64,000 nt of DNA from Bdellovibrionota bacterium (GTDB lineage Bacteria > Bdellovibrionota_G > JALEGL01 > DATDPG01), in assembly GCA_963668355.1 (NCBI GenBank), contig OY764265.1, forward strand, positions 800,001-864,000, given 5' to 3'. The notes under the pieces were generated by a model, which ran no database searches, was not told the DNA's origin, and saw only the letters and a program-made list of their open reading frames with translations. Position 1 is the first letter of the stretch; each line of letters starts with the position of its first letter. Positions 43,063 through 53,186 of the stretch are shown piece after piece. The position numbers and the translations under genes are program-made.

Positions 43063-43569
43063 TTAAGAAATTTCTTTGGATAATTGTTCCAAGGCTTGCT
43101 TCTTAATGTGGTTCTTCACCACCCTTTTTCCTTTCACGGATATCGCCTCAAAACACCCACCATATTCGCGAGGGCTTACTTCCCGTATGATTCGAAACTT
43201 TGCCTCCACATCATCTTCAGTAAACTTCAAGAGAATCGGAAAAACATCCCCCTTCGAAAATTCCAAATCTTCCGAAAAGCTCAGCAACATCCCGGTTGCG
43301 CTCAAGTCTTCGGCCTTTCCTTTGATCTCCTGCCCCAGGTAAGTAAGAATGACATCCACTTCCACTTTGGTGCGGAACGTTGATCGAGCCTCCTGGGAGG
43401 AAAACTTCTCAAAGCTGGAGATGGCCTGTCGATCCTTCCGATCTTGGACATCTTTGAGAAGGTCTTGCAAGTCGCTTCGGATCAAACGAAGCACCGTCAA
43501 AACACTCAGCTGCGTGAACAATAAGAAGACCAACGCAACCAAGAAAACTGAGATCAAGGAACTGGGCAT
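43063..43569 (-). CDS. membrane-anchored PilZ-domain protein
   Basis: N-terminal TM, RSTFR, DLSATG; same layout as 39344-39874. Confidence 0.8.
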   Translation of the reverse strand: MPSSLISVFLVALVFLLFTQLSVLTVLRLIRSDLQDLLKDVQDRKDRQAISSFEKFSSQEARSTFRTKVEVDVILTYLGQEIKGKAEDLSATGMLLSFSEDLEFSKGDVFPILLKFTEDDVEAKFRIIREVSPREYGGCFEAISVKGKRVVKNHIKKQALEQLSKEIS

Positions 43570-43724
43570 TTCAAAGCCATGATAGCGGATACAAGCAATT
43601 TACGTCTATTCTTTCAGCCCTTTCGTTTTTTGGCTCCTCAAAAAGACTTTTTTAGAAAGCATACTTTTTTCTATCTTGTTATCGTTTTCTGTTAAAATAA
43701 CCTTTTAATACTAAAGGTTTTTCT

Positions 43725-45146
43725 GTGAGCTCCGATACACCTAAAGCATGCATTCGCTCCGACGCGATTATATCTCAAGTCGATTCCTATTCGTATGAAC
43801 TGGAAAATCCCGAAACGGGAGGTGTTTTAAAACTCGACGACACGGGGTACCTGGTAGCTGAACACTTTGAAACGGGCGATCTGACCGTTGACGAAGTCGT
43901 CACCTCCCTCAAAGAGCAACACCATCTAAAAATATCAAAGGCTGACGTACTGGATTTTTTGGTGAGAGCCGATGCACTAAACCTTCTGGAAACGCCTCTA
44001 GAAGAGCTGGGAATCGACGCCCAACCTCAAAACACTCAAGAAGAAGAATACGCACCTACGGGGCAAATTGAAGACAGAGAAAGCATCTTAAAACTCTATC
44101 GCAGTCGAGTTCATCGTTTCATTTTTTCATTCAGCCCAAAAACCTGGGCAGTTCTGCTGGGGGTCATTTTTCTCATGCTGATTCCTTGGCCATACAAGGT
44201 GGCTGGAACCATCGTGGTCAAACCAATCCAACAAATGACGGTTCGAACCCCGGTCTCAGGAACTCTGGCAGAGTTTTATGTGTCCGAAGGAGACCGAGTG
44301 GAAAAAGGCCAAATCTTGGCTCAGTTGGATGATTATCAAAGTGATATTGCTCGAAAACAAACGGAACTCGCTCGCGTCAAAGCCGAACTAGACAAGCTTG
44401 AAACCGGGGCCACTCATGCGGAGATCAACCGAGCTAAAAAAGAGGCAGACCTTTCACAAAAGATTTTTTCTCAAGCCAAAGCGAAGGCCGAGAGGTATCG
44501 AAAATTATTTTCTCAAAACCTGATTTCCGAGCAAGATTTCAATGAAGCCATCGCCATTTCGGAAATCAAGCAAAAGGAACACGAACAGGCTCTTGCTCAA
44601 CTGGATTTGATTCGGGGAGGAACCCGTCCCGAATTGATTCGGGCAAAAAAAGCGGACTTACACGTCCTGGAGCTGGACCTTCAGCTTTTAAAAACCCTGC
44701 AAGGTCTTCGATCCATTCGATCCCCCCTTCAAGGCGTGGTTATATCGGACAACCTTCCTGAACTCATTGGAAAGAAAATGGGGCCTGGGGACCCCATCAT
44801 CATTGTCGCCTCAGACACCCTTTTAGACATTGAAGCTGTAATCGAAGAAAGAGACATTGCCTCCATCCAAAGGGGACAAATCATGAACTTCAAAGTTCAT
44901 GCACTCCCAGACGAGACCTTCGAGACCAAAGTCGAAAAGATTGCCCCCATCGGCGAACTCTCGAACTCTGCCCTAACCAAAGAGGGGGGAAGTGTTTTTC
45001 GAATTCACTGCTACTTGAACAACTCTGAGCAAAAATTGCGCCCTGGGATGACAGGAGTCGGTCGAATATTCATCGAAACTCGACCCATTGGAGCTTTTGT
45101 GTTCAGTCGGGTCATTCGACATATAAAGGTGAATTACGTTCTTTAA
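43725..45146 (+). CDS. RRE/PqqD-like + HlyD-family membrane fusion protein
   Basis: N-terminal wHTH-like ..FL.RADALNLLE, TM, biotinyl-lipoyl V.EGD.V.KGQ.L, alpha-hairpin, IRSP..G.V, LRPGMTG. Confidence 0.85.
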   Translation: MSSDTPKACIRSDAIISQVDSYSYELENPETGGVLKLDDTGYLVAEHFETGDLTVDEVVTSLKEQHHLKISKADVLDFLVRADALNLLETPLEELGIDAQPQNTQEEEYAPTGQIEDRESILKLYRSRVHRFIFSFSPKTWAVLLGVIFLMLIPWPYKVAGTIVVKPIQQMTVRTPVSGTLAEFYVSEGDRVEKGQILAQLDDYQSDIARKQTELARVKAELDKLETGATHAEINRAKKEADLSQKIFSQAKAKAERYRKLFSQNLISEQDFNEAIAISEIKQKEHEQALAQLDLIRGGTRPELIRAKKADLHVLELDLQLLKTLQGLRSIRSPLQGVVISDNLPELIGKKMGPGDPIIIVASDTLLDIEAVIEERDIASIQRGQIMNFKVHALPDETFETKVEKIAPIGELSNSALTKEGGSVFRIHCYLNNSEQKLRPGMTGVGRIFIETRPIGAFVFSRVIRHIKVNYVL

Positions 45147-45156
45147 AACCTACAAA

Positions 45157-47673
45157 TTGAGGGATGAACTTGTACTTCGCACAAGAACGACCCAAAAAGG
45201 ACTTAGCCACACATTATCCGATCCAACCAAGTCCATTTTCTTTGAAGTTCAATTTCTCCAATATATTATATTAAGGTTTTTTCTTTCTCGAAGAGCCACC
45301 GCCCAAGAAGCCTCAGAATACCTATCCGTTCGAATCGGTGCGGAATTAGAACCCACACAGATCGAGCACTTCATGGACAAAATAAAAGAGCGTGGATTGC
45401 TGGAGCCTGATCGAAAGACCCCTTTTTCAATTTTCACTCGATATCAAACTTCCCGGAAGCTGAGACACGATTTTAAGATCCTCGTATCTCGTAATTGGAG
45501 TCGAGAAAAACCCTCAGAAGAGGAAAAAGAACTCGTATCAAATATCTTTTGGCTACTTCGGAAAGGAGATCTTTTTGAGGCCTTGAAACAAGCAGAAATG
45601 GCAACGAAGAAGAGTCCGGAAAAAAAGCTTCCTCTTTTGTTTCACGAAAAGATACGAGAAGCCATCGTCCGAAACCAAGAAGCCTTTTCTGAAAGAGGAA
45701 AACACGAGATTTTCATCACTCGGATTCCCTTGTGGAATCCCACTCGCATTTTGGAAATAACAAAAAAGTTCATTTCCTTTCTTTTTTCATTTTGGGGACT
45801 TCTTTGCGTGGGAACTGCGGCAATCCTTGCCACCACCATCTACCGAGAAACTTCAGATTTTTGGGTTGGCGACTTTTTTTTTCATGTAGAGGCTGTAGCC
45901 AGCTACCCGCTAATGGTCTTTGCGGTACACATCGTTAGTACAATCGTGCATGAGTTTAGTCACGCTGCCACCTGCCATCATTTTGGAGGGAAGGTTCGAA
46001 ATATCGGATTCATTATGTTTTTGGGGTTCATACCTGGGATGTACGCAGACGTAACCGACATCTATTACCTGACAAAATATCGACGAATCGCCGTATTAGC
46101 CGCAGGTGCTTTCGGTCAGTTAATTCTTTGGGTTCTTGCCACAATCATTTGGTTTGTGACGGAACCCAATTCTTTCTTAAACCTCTTAGCCTACTTCTTC
46201 ATTTTACTAAATGGCACAGAGGTTCTCGGTAATCTTCTGCCATTGGGTTATAAAACCGACGGTTATTATATTTTGGTGGAATTGCTGGATGAGGAAAATT
46301 TATTTTTCCGAAGCTTCGCCTATGCCAAAAACGTTTTGTTGCGAATGTTTACACCTTCGATAGAGCCTTTGGAAAAAGATCTTCCTAGGTGGAAAAAATT
46401 CTTTATGATCCTTTACGCCCTCTCTTTAACCGCTCCCATGGTCGTTGCTCTTCCCCTGGGCATATACATGACCATCCGTATGTTTCACGTCTTTGCATAT
46501 TGGATGTCGCCAATTTTCTTCATGGGTCCGATCATTTGGACATTTCTAGCCATTAAAGGCATTGGAATCGCTTCAAAATGGATTTGGACTCATCGCTCTT
46601 CGACTTCTTTTAAGAAGCTTTTCACAAAATTGAAACCAAAGCATGCGGTGGTCATTCTCTTTTTATTGGTGCCCTTTTTCCCCACCTCGATGAACATCCG
46701 CTCTCCTGCCCACATCGTTCCCGCAGAAACCGTTGACCTCTATGCCCATATAGATGGCTCCATACGTGAAATACATATCAAAACAGGAGAGGCGGTTAAA
46801 AAAGGGGACCTTCTTATTTCGCTTGAAAATCCAGACTTGGAAAAAGCCTTAAAGCAAACTCTATGGAAACGCGAGAAGGTACGTGCCACCTCCTTAGTGA
46901 ATTTGTTCCAAACGCTTCCGGGAGAAAAACGAATCGAAGAACTCCGACTCGAATCAGCGCAAAAAAAACTTGAATATGCTCAAGCCAATCTGAAACGAAT
47001 TCAAAAAGCGTTTTTCAATGGAGTTGTCTCCGAAGAGAATTTATTCCAAGCTCTCGAACATCTTGAACACGCATCTGCAAATTACGAAGTCGTCTTAGCT
47101 CAATTCAAACTCAAACTTTCTGGGCCCACTTCCTATACGAAGTTAATCGAAGAATCCAATATCCGCATGAGCCAAATCGATCTTCGACAACTTCAGGCCA
47201 AAGTAAAAAACCTTCAAGTTTTTTCACCCATCGACGGGGTCATTCTTCCTGGGAATTTTGACGAAATGCTTGGGAAGCATGTTATGCCCGGAGAGCACCT
47301 TGTTTCCATTGGCACCCATGAAGTCACGATCGAAGCTTTCGTTTCTGAAAATGATGTTGCAAAATTCCATCTTTTCGCGCCAACTCGTTTTATCGGAAAA
47401 GGAGATCGGAATCTTCGGGTAGGGCGGGTCGACTTCATTTCGACTCATGCAGAAAAACAAAACCTACCACGAGGCCCGTTTGCAGGTTATTCCCTCTTTC
47501 CGGAAATGAGCGCCGTAAAAATTCGATCCAACATTTCTCCTCAGGAAAGTTCAAACTTATTGGTTGGAATGACCGGCCGAGTCGAAGTGGATGCGGGCAC
47601 TCATACACTTTTTTACGTGTTCACAAGAGACCTGTGGAAAGCGATGAAATTTGCATTTTGGAAAGGGCTATAA
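45157..47673 (+). CDS. RRE-like + M50 intramembrane metalloprotease + HlyD-like fusion
   Basis: ..FMDKIKERGLLE; HEFSH, AAG, NLLP....DGY; C-terminal V.KGD.L..L.NP, SPIDG, GMTG. Confidence 0.85.
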   Translation: MRDELVLRTRTTQKGLSHTLSDPTKSIFFEVQFLQYIILRFFLSRRATAQEASEYLSVRIGAELEPTQIEHFMDKIKERGLLEPDRKTPFSIFTRYQTSRKLRHDFKILVSRNWSREKPSEEEKELVSNIFWLLRKGDLFEALKQAEMATKKSPEKKLPLLFHEKIREAIVRNQEAFSERGKHEIFITRIPLWNPTRILEITKKFISFLFSFWGLLCVGTAAILATTIYRETSDFWVGDFFFHVEAVASYPLMVFAVHIVSTIVHEFSHAATCHHFGGKVRNIGFIMFLGFIPGMYADVTDIYYLTKYRRIAVLAAGAFGQLILWVLATIIWFVTEPNSFLNLLAYFFILLNGTEVLGNLLPLGYKTDGYYILVELLDEENLFFRSFAYAKNVLLRMFTPSIEPLEKDLPRWKKFFMILYALSLTAPMVVALPLGIYMTIRMFHVFAYWMSPIFFMGPIIWTFLAIKGIGIASKWIWTHRSSTSFKKLFTKLKPKHAVVILFLLVPFFPTSMNIRSPAHIVPAETVDLYAHIDGSIREIHIKTGEAVKKGDLLISLENPDLEKALKQTLWKREKVRATSLVNLFQTLPGEKRIEELRLESAQKKLEYAQANLKRIQKAFFNGVVSEENLFQALEHLEHASANYEVVLAQFKLKLSGPTSYTKLIEESNIRMSQIDLRQLQAKVKNLQVFSPIDGVILPGNFDEMLGKHVMPGEHLVSIGTHEVTIEAFVSENDVAKFHLFAPTRFIGKGDRNLRVGRVDFISTHAEKQNLPRGPFAGYSLFPEMSAVKIRSNISPQESSNLLVGMTGRVEVDAGTHTLFYVFTRDLWKAMKFAFWKGL

Positions 47674-49635
47674 AACTTTTCCCACAACCAAAGTGATATC
47701 GTCCTTCCTAGGAACTTCTCCGAAAAATTCATAGGCATCTTCAATCAACTTGGCTCGAATCTGATCCACCGGATCATCATACATTTTTTTCAAGGTCTGC
47801 ATGATGTTCCGCTTTCCGTACATGTCACCGTTTGCATTTTCGCATTCCAGAATTCCATCTGTGTACCAAACAATCAAATCTCCCGATTCCAATTGAATTT
47901 CGTTTTCATCAAATTTTATGTTTTTCGTTTCCCCCAATCGACCACTGGGTTCACTGGGAAGGACAGAAACTTTTGAACGACCTTTTTGTTTTCGACAAAT
48001 GAAGGGCCGGTTGTGACCGGCATTGGCATATCGAAGAATTTTCGTCTCATTGTCAAACACAGAGGCAAAAAACGTCATAAGCAGACTTCCACGCGTAGAT
48101 TCAAGAATAACGTCGTTAAGCGTGGAAAGCATTTGATTGGTTGGAAAGGTACGAACTTCAGAAATTTTCTGACTCAGGGCTTCCACATCAGCTACTTCCG
48201 GAGAATGCTTTTTCAGCACATCCCGAAGACCATTTTCCGCCCCTTGCACGCCCTTAAAAAACCCATTCGCGATGGCTGTAATCAAAGCAGCAGGCATTCC
48301 GTGACCGGTCACGTCCCCAATCAATACAGTTGCATTCTTTCCCGTTTGGTCTTGCCCATATCCAAACCAATCCCCGCCGGTTTCCGTAGATGTATCAATG
48401 AAACTCGACAAAGAGAGTTGACCAAAGCTAACGACACGCTCGGGGAATAGCATTTCTTGAACGGTGGAGGCCATCGTCAATTCATCCTTCATGCGCCGTT
48501 CGCTTGCAGCCAGTTTGTCATGAGCCTCCTGAAGCTGATCCAGAAGACGGTTAAAGGAACGCGTGAGCACCCCAATCTCAGCTCCAAATATGCCTTGGAT
48601 CCGAATGCCCATATTGTTCTCTTCCATAATGGTAAGCATCGTTTTGGCCATTCGAATCAGGGGATTGGCAATTGCTCGGGCGAGAAAATAACCAACAATG
48701 GCAGACAACAATGTGGCCAAGCATGCCACAAACAAAACTCGAAATACGGTTTGATTTCTGGCCTCAAGAATCGGAGCATAAGATTCTTGCAAAGCCAATA
48801 CAGCCACTCGCTGCTTATCCACGCCCAGAATCTCAGAAAAGAACGTCAAATAGGACGTCCCCGCTACAACCAACTCTTCTTCGAGAAATTCTTTCTCTCG
48901 TAGGCCGGCATAGTGCTTTTGTTTCGGATATTCCGTGAGTCGTTCTTCTTCCTTTTCGATCGAAGATCCAAAGACCTGATTTTTGTCAAAAATCACCACT
49001 TCGGTTCCGGCCGCCGCAGAAATCTCCTTTGCCAAGGAGTCCTGGCAAAGCTTTCCCAAAAAAATAACTCCCATATTTCGCCCAAAATGGGAGACACATT
49101 CCAAGGCGAAGAGATAAATGCGATCTCCCAACACCATCCATCCATGGGCCTCATCTCCTGGAAACGGTGTCAAGCGACTCTGAATCTCTTTTGATTTACG
49201 CAAGAAAGGAATGGTTACTTCTTGCCCTGTGTTCACGAAAACTGCGTCTTTTATCGTAAGATACTCCTCTGGTCTCGGAACAAAGGCCACCAGATCGGCC
49301 TGACTCATTGCTTTAAATTCTTCAATTTTCTGCTGAATGCCAAGTGCCGCGTCGTAAGAAAGGCGACTTCCGAAATCGACATCCGAAGTAACGAGATTCG
49401 CATACACCTCCAAGCCTCGGGTCGAATTGGCAATGAACGTTGAGGCCACTTTGGAGGTTTCTCGAATCTTTTCCCTGGCCGACTTTTTCATGCTCGAAAC
49501 CAAAACCAACGTAAATACGAGTGTGATTACTAGGGCAGAAAAAACCACGACCCCGGCAAAAGCCACAGCCAATCTTTTCTTCAATGAAACGTCTTTGAAA
49601 AAAGTCATAGAAACGAGAAGATCAAAGCCCTTCAC
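47668..49635 (-). CDS. HAMP + SpoIIE/PP2C phosphatase with periplasmic sensor
   Basis: Two TMs, HAMP, GGDWF, GDVTGHG, NAGH, YTDG, DDIT. Start uncertain. Confidence 0.9.
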   Translation of the reverse strand: MKGFDLLVSMTFFKDVSLKKRLAVAFAGVVVFSALVITLVFTLVLVSSMKKSAREKIRETSKVASTFIANSTRGLEVYANLVTSDVDFGSRLSYDAALGIQQKIEEFKAMSQADLVAFVPRPEEYLTIKDAVFVNTGQEVTIPFLRKSKEIQSRLTPFPGDEAHGWMVLGDRIYLFALECVSHFGRNMGVIFLGKLCQDSLAKEISAAAGTEVVIFDKNQVFGSSIEKEEERLTEYPKQKHYAGLREKEFLEEELVVAGTSYLTFFSEILGVDKQRVAVLALQESYAPILEARNQTVFRVLFVACLATLLSAIVGYFLARAIANPLIRMAKTMLTIMEENNMGIRIQGIFGAEIGVLTRSFNRLLDQLQEAHDKLAASERRMKDELTMASTVQEMLFPERVVSFGQLSLSSFIDTSTETGGDWFGYGQDQTGKNATVLIGDVTGHGMPAALITAIANGFFKGVQGAENGLRDVLKKHSPEVADVEALSQKISEVRTFPTNQMLSTLNDVILESTRGSLLMTFFASVFDNETKILRYANAGHNRPFICRKQKGRSKVSVLPSEPSGRLGETKNIKFDENEIQLESGDLIVWYTDGILECENANGDMYGKRNIMQTLKKMYDDPVDQIRAKLIEDAYEFFGEVPRKDDITLVVGKVL

Positions 49636-49650
49636 GTTTAAGTTTATGCT

Positions 49651-51333
49651 TTAAATTCTTTTCTTCCAGTTTTTTTCCAACCAACCCGCAAGGACTTTTA
49701 AAGCACTGTTTGAAAACTCTTGTGGGACATCATATTCATAGCCAGGATAAATTTTTTGGGATTTCGTTAAAAAATGATTCAAACCAGGAAGACACTGAGA
49801 CTGAAAACTCACTCCAGCCGAACTTAACTCCTGACATAAGAATTCATGCTCACTGGGTAAAATTTCCAAATCCGCCCCTCCATGGAGCAAGAGCAAGGGA
49901 CAGCTCATCTTTTTCGCATTCTCAAACGGAGCCTCTCGCAAACGCTCTACCCACCATGCGTAGGGATGACCCAAATACTTCAGATCCAGTTTCTTTTGAT
50001 CATCCATTTGGGCAATGCGTCGCATCTGACCCAACACATCTTGAATTGGAGCCAACTGTTTTCGAATGCTTTGGCGTGACCAACCCAAAAGTTGGTACCT
50101 TTTCTCAAACTTGGCCAAAAATGTTTGATCAATGGTCCTCGCGGGACTCGAAATTCCCACCATCCCCTCCACACTTAACCCATGAGCAATTCCGGAAAAA
50201 GCCAGACGAGCTCCTTCGCTGCAACCCAAAACCACGACGGGAGAACTGATGCGCTTTCTCACAAACTCCACAGCTGAAAACACATCCTGCTCCAAGCTCT
50301 TCAATGTGGCTTCTTCCAAACTTCCGGCGCTTTCTCCAACGCCTCGCTTGTCATACCGCAAGACAGCACAGCCTCGTTTGGAAAGCTTCCTAGCCAACTC
50401 CAAAAAAGGTTGCGCAGGACAACGCTCAATATCCCTTCCTTCATACCCACTCCCACTATTCCTCGTTTCGGCTCCACTCCCATGAATCAGGACGAGGGAA
50501 ACAAAGGGTTTCTGCTTTTGAGGGACTCTCAGGGTTCCTTTGAGAAGCGTTCCATCGAATGACTTAAATTGTATGGCCTCTCCCCCCCTCATCTTCTTCC
50601 AAAGGACAAGCCTTTGCGTAATTTGGGGTCTTTTTCTTTCTCGCACGGAAGAGAACGGCCTGATTCTCGAAAGCGCTTCCATTCGAATTCCTACATGAGG
50701 AAAAAAAAGACGCTGTGGCCCCACGTCTCCCCACTCAACCCAGGCCATTCGTTCGATATTTGAAACGTGCTTACAAAGAGGACGAAAATGAATTCGCCAC
50801 AGTTGATCCAGCAGAGGAGCCTCCTTGAAGGGCCAATGATCCAATTCGTTTCGATGGGTTACCCGGACGCAATTCATTTCTCCCATCCACAGCCGCTCTG
50901 GATTAAAAAACGGGATGCTTAACTCATTCTTGGAGCGAAGACGCTCTTGCAAGACAAAGTAACTGGGAAGAAATCCGGTCGAAAATGGGAATAGGTTTTT
51001 TGAAAAGCCCAGATCCTCCTTCCAAACCACACCCATTTTTTTTCGGACCATTTTCCAAGAGTCTTTTTCCGTCCTCAACCACAAGTCCTGAGACAATTTC
51101 CGATTTTTGATTTCGTGAACAAAAGAAAGTTGCAATGAGTGAAGCTTTACATCTTTAAAAACCACGCGAGACGCACCCTCTTTGTCCGCAAGCGACCATC
51201 GATTTTGCCAGACGCTTTGACCTCCCTGATCCCGATGGCTCAAATGAGAAAAAACAGATTTTTTTTGAATTCCAGAAATTTCGAAAGAAAATTGGTTTTG
51301 ATTCATGATGAGGAAGAAGAGGACAATTTCCAT
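49651..51333 (-). CDS. alpha/beta hydrolase with uncharacterised N-terminal domain
   Basis: HGSG, RYDKRGVG.S, GCSEG, G.AD, L.H. Confidence 0.85.
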   Translation of the reverse strand: MEIVLFFLIMNQNQFSFEISGIQKKSVFSHLSHRDQGGQSVWQNRWSLADKEGASRVVFKDVKLHSLQLSFVHEIKNRKLSQDLWLRTEKDSWKMVRKKMGVVWKEDLGFSKNLFPFSTGFLPSYFVLQERLRSKNELSIPFFNPERLWMGEMNCVRVTHRNELDHWPFKEAPLLDQLWRIHFRPLCKHVSNIERMAWVEWGDVGPQRLFFPHVGIRMEALSRIRPFSSVRERKRPQITQRLVLWKKMRGGEAIQFKSFDGTLLKGTLRVPQKQKPFVSLVLIHGSGAETRNSGSGYEGRDIERCPAQPFLELARKLSKRGCAVLRYDKRGVGESAGSLEEATLKSLEQDVFSAVEFVRKRISSPVVVLGCSEGARLAFSGIAHGLSVEGMVGISSPARTIDQTFLAKFEKRYQLLGWSRQSIRKQLAPIQDVLGQMRRIAQMDDQKKLDLKYLGHPYAWWVERLREAPFENAKKMSCPLLLLHGGADLEILPSEHEFLCQELSSAGVSFQSQCLPGLNHFLTKSQKIYPGYEYDVPQEFSNSALKVLAGWLEKNWKKRI

Positions 51334-52904
51334 TCCCCTTCTTTTTCTCCAATGACGATTTGAAATTTTTTGAGCAGATCTCCGGTCAGCGACTGCAACA
51401 TCGCCACACTTTTCTTATACGCCAGAAGTGCCCTCACTTCATTGATTTGCGCCAAAGTGAGATCTTCCTGATACGCAAGAACATTGAAACCTGGGGTCAA
51501 GCCCGACTCAAAACGTTCTTGCTCAAATTTCAGTTTCTTTTCGGCCAATCGACTCGTCTTCTGGGCAGAAGCCACGATCTCCTTCCCCATTTCGATTTCG
51601 CTCATCGTTTCCAAAGCCGTCTGACGAATTTCACGCCACTTCTTCTCAAGGGCCAAACGAGCCATCTTGTATTCCAACTTGGAAAGTTTGTAATCATTCC
51701 AATCCGGACTGGGCCCCAAAGGCACTTCCAATTTGGCAGAAATTTGCCAACCAGTAGAGCGCGTGTCCAACAACTCGCTTAGATCTCCAGAATATGAGCC
51801 TTGTGCCCCGACATTGGTCGCAGAGTTCCCCCCTTCCAAAAAGAAAGATCCTTCAAGGTCCAATGTGGGCAAGAGCAAATTGCGATCTCTGTCTTTTTCC
51901 ATTCGCTTGGCTTCGAGCTCCTCCCGAAGGGCAATCACGTCATCGTTTTCTGCCTTGATGCGCTTTAACCAACCTTCTTGCGACAAAGAAAACTCTTTAA
52001 AAGCGATCTCATTCGGAACATTATAATGGTCTTCAAAAGCTTTTCCTTCCTCCAAACCGATGACTCTTTCCAATTCGACTTTGGATCTGGCCAACTCTTG
52101 AAGATCCATTAATAAATCTCCCTTGCGTGAAGCCAGTCGTTCTTCAACTTCGTACAGGGAGGCAGCCACACTGATCCCGGATTTAATCTTTTTCTGCGTG
52201 ACCTCATATTGTTTCTGCGTAATCTCCAACGCATTTCTTCGGGCTTCGACAATTTCCTTTTGCGCAACCAAGGTCCAAAAAGCTTGTTCCACTTGCCGAA
52301 CCGTCTCCGACACCTTGGCGCTTAACTCTGCACGCGAAACATCTTTTCTACGACTGGCTACACGCAAATCCGCCCAGGAATTTCCCATTTGACTGCCAAA
52401 CCAATCGAATCCTTTCAAAAGTTTTTGCGTCCCGCCAAGCTCCCAATACGAATAATAGTAGGGCGAAATTAAAGCATTGGAGGATGACGTATCAGTTCGA
52501 ATCGTCGCAAAAGAAGTAAATAGTTCGGTTCCCGTGGGGAGTGTCTCGGAAAGTGTGGCCGAATACTCCAGCGTTTTGGACGTAATTAAATTGGCCGCTC
52601 CGCCGGTTTCGGTAGCCAGAACACTGGGAGCCGTGGATTCTTGATGGTCCACATCAAATTCAAACCGCGGCCAAAACAATGAAAAAGCCTTTTTTCGCGC
52701 AATTAAGTTTCGACTCGACGCTGCCGAAGCCAGCAAAAGGTCCGAATTGGAGGACAGGGCCTCTCGAACACATTGTTTTAGGGCGGGATTCTCCTCCAAT
52801 GTCTTTTCGCGGCCCCCCACGCGACCGGGAAGCGGCAGCAAAGAAAAGCATGTCAAAAAGACAAAAAGCCCTATGGAACGTTTCTTCATTTCAGCCTCAC
52901 TCAT
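51303..52904 (-). CDS. TolC-family outer membrane efflux protein
   Basis: Signal region, two OEP repeats (WP.F and LP.L strands, V..AFW.L, E.F..G). Confidence 0.85.
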   Translation of the reverse strand: MSEAEMKKRSIGLFVFLTCFSLLPLPGRVGGREKTLEENPALKQCVREALSSNSDLLLASAASSRNLIARKKAFSLFWPRFEFDVDHQESTAPSVLATETGGAANLITSKTLEYSATLSETLPTGTELFTSFATIRTDTSSSNALISPYYYSYWELGGTQKLLKGFDWFGSQMGNSWADLRVASRRKDVSRAELSAKVSETVRQVEQAFWTLVAQKEIVEARRNALEITQKQYEVTQKKIKSGISVAASLYEVEERLASRKGDLLMDLQELARSKVELERVIGLEEGKAFEDHYNVPNEIAFKEFSLSQEGWLKRIKAENDDVIALREELEAKRMEKDRDRNLLLPTLDLEGSFFLEGGNSATNVGAQGSYSGDLSELLDTRSTGWQISAKLEVPLGPSPDWNDYKLSKLEYKMARLALEKKWREIRQTALETMSEIEMGKEIVASAQKTSRLAEKKLKFEQERFESGLTPGFNVLAYQEDLTLAQINEVRALLAYKKSVAMLQSLTGDLLKKFQIVIGEKEGEWKLSSSSSS

Positions 52905-53004
52905 GAATTTACCAAAAACACTGACACGTAAATACTTAGAATAATTCAGTTTACACTCAAAACACAAAAAAAGCCCCCAAAACCCTTTATTCTAAAAAAA
53001 GCCA

Positions 53005-53033
53005 TTGACAGAAACTTTTGTTTCTACTAACAT
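53005..53033 (+). promoter_or_regulatory. sigma70-type promoter for the riboswitch-peptide transcript
   Basis: TTGACA-17 bp-TAACAT. Confidence 0.65.
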
Positions 53034-53072
53034 CTTTAGTTACGGTAATAGCACTTGGAAATCAAGTGTTCA

Positions 53073-53177
53073 TTCATCGAAACGGCAACCCCGTAACGAA
53101 AGTCGGGGGCGCAAAGTTTGCGACCTAAGCCGGATCCAGTGGGGATCTTCGTATGGTTGGCAAATTGTCGAAATGAA
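53073..53177 (+). ncRNA. cyclic-di-GMP-I (GEMM) riboswitch
   Basis: P1 ttcatcg/cgaaatgaa; GGCAAC P2 with GAAA tetraloop; GCGCAAAG junction; P3 gtttgc/gcaaat with CCTAAG..TATGG tetraloop receptor. Confidence 0.9.
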
Positions 53178-53186
53178 GGAAACAAC

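Noticed and set aside
53118..53186. 5' extension of the peptide ORF from TTG 53118 in the ORF track
   Set aside because: It lies inside the riboswitch; the SD supports ATG 53187.
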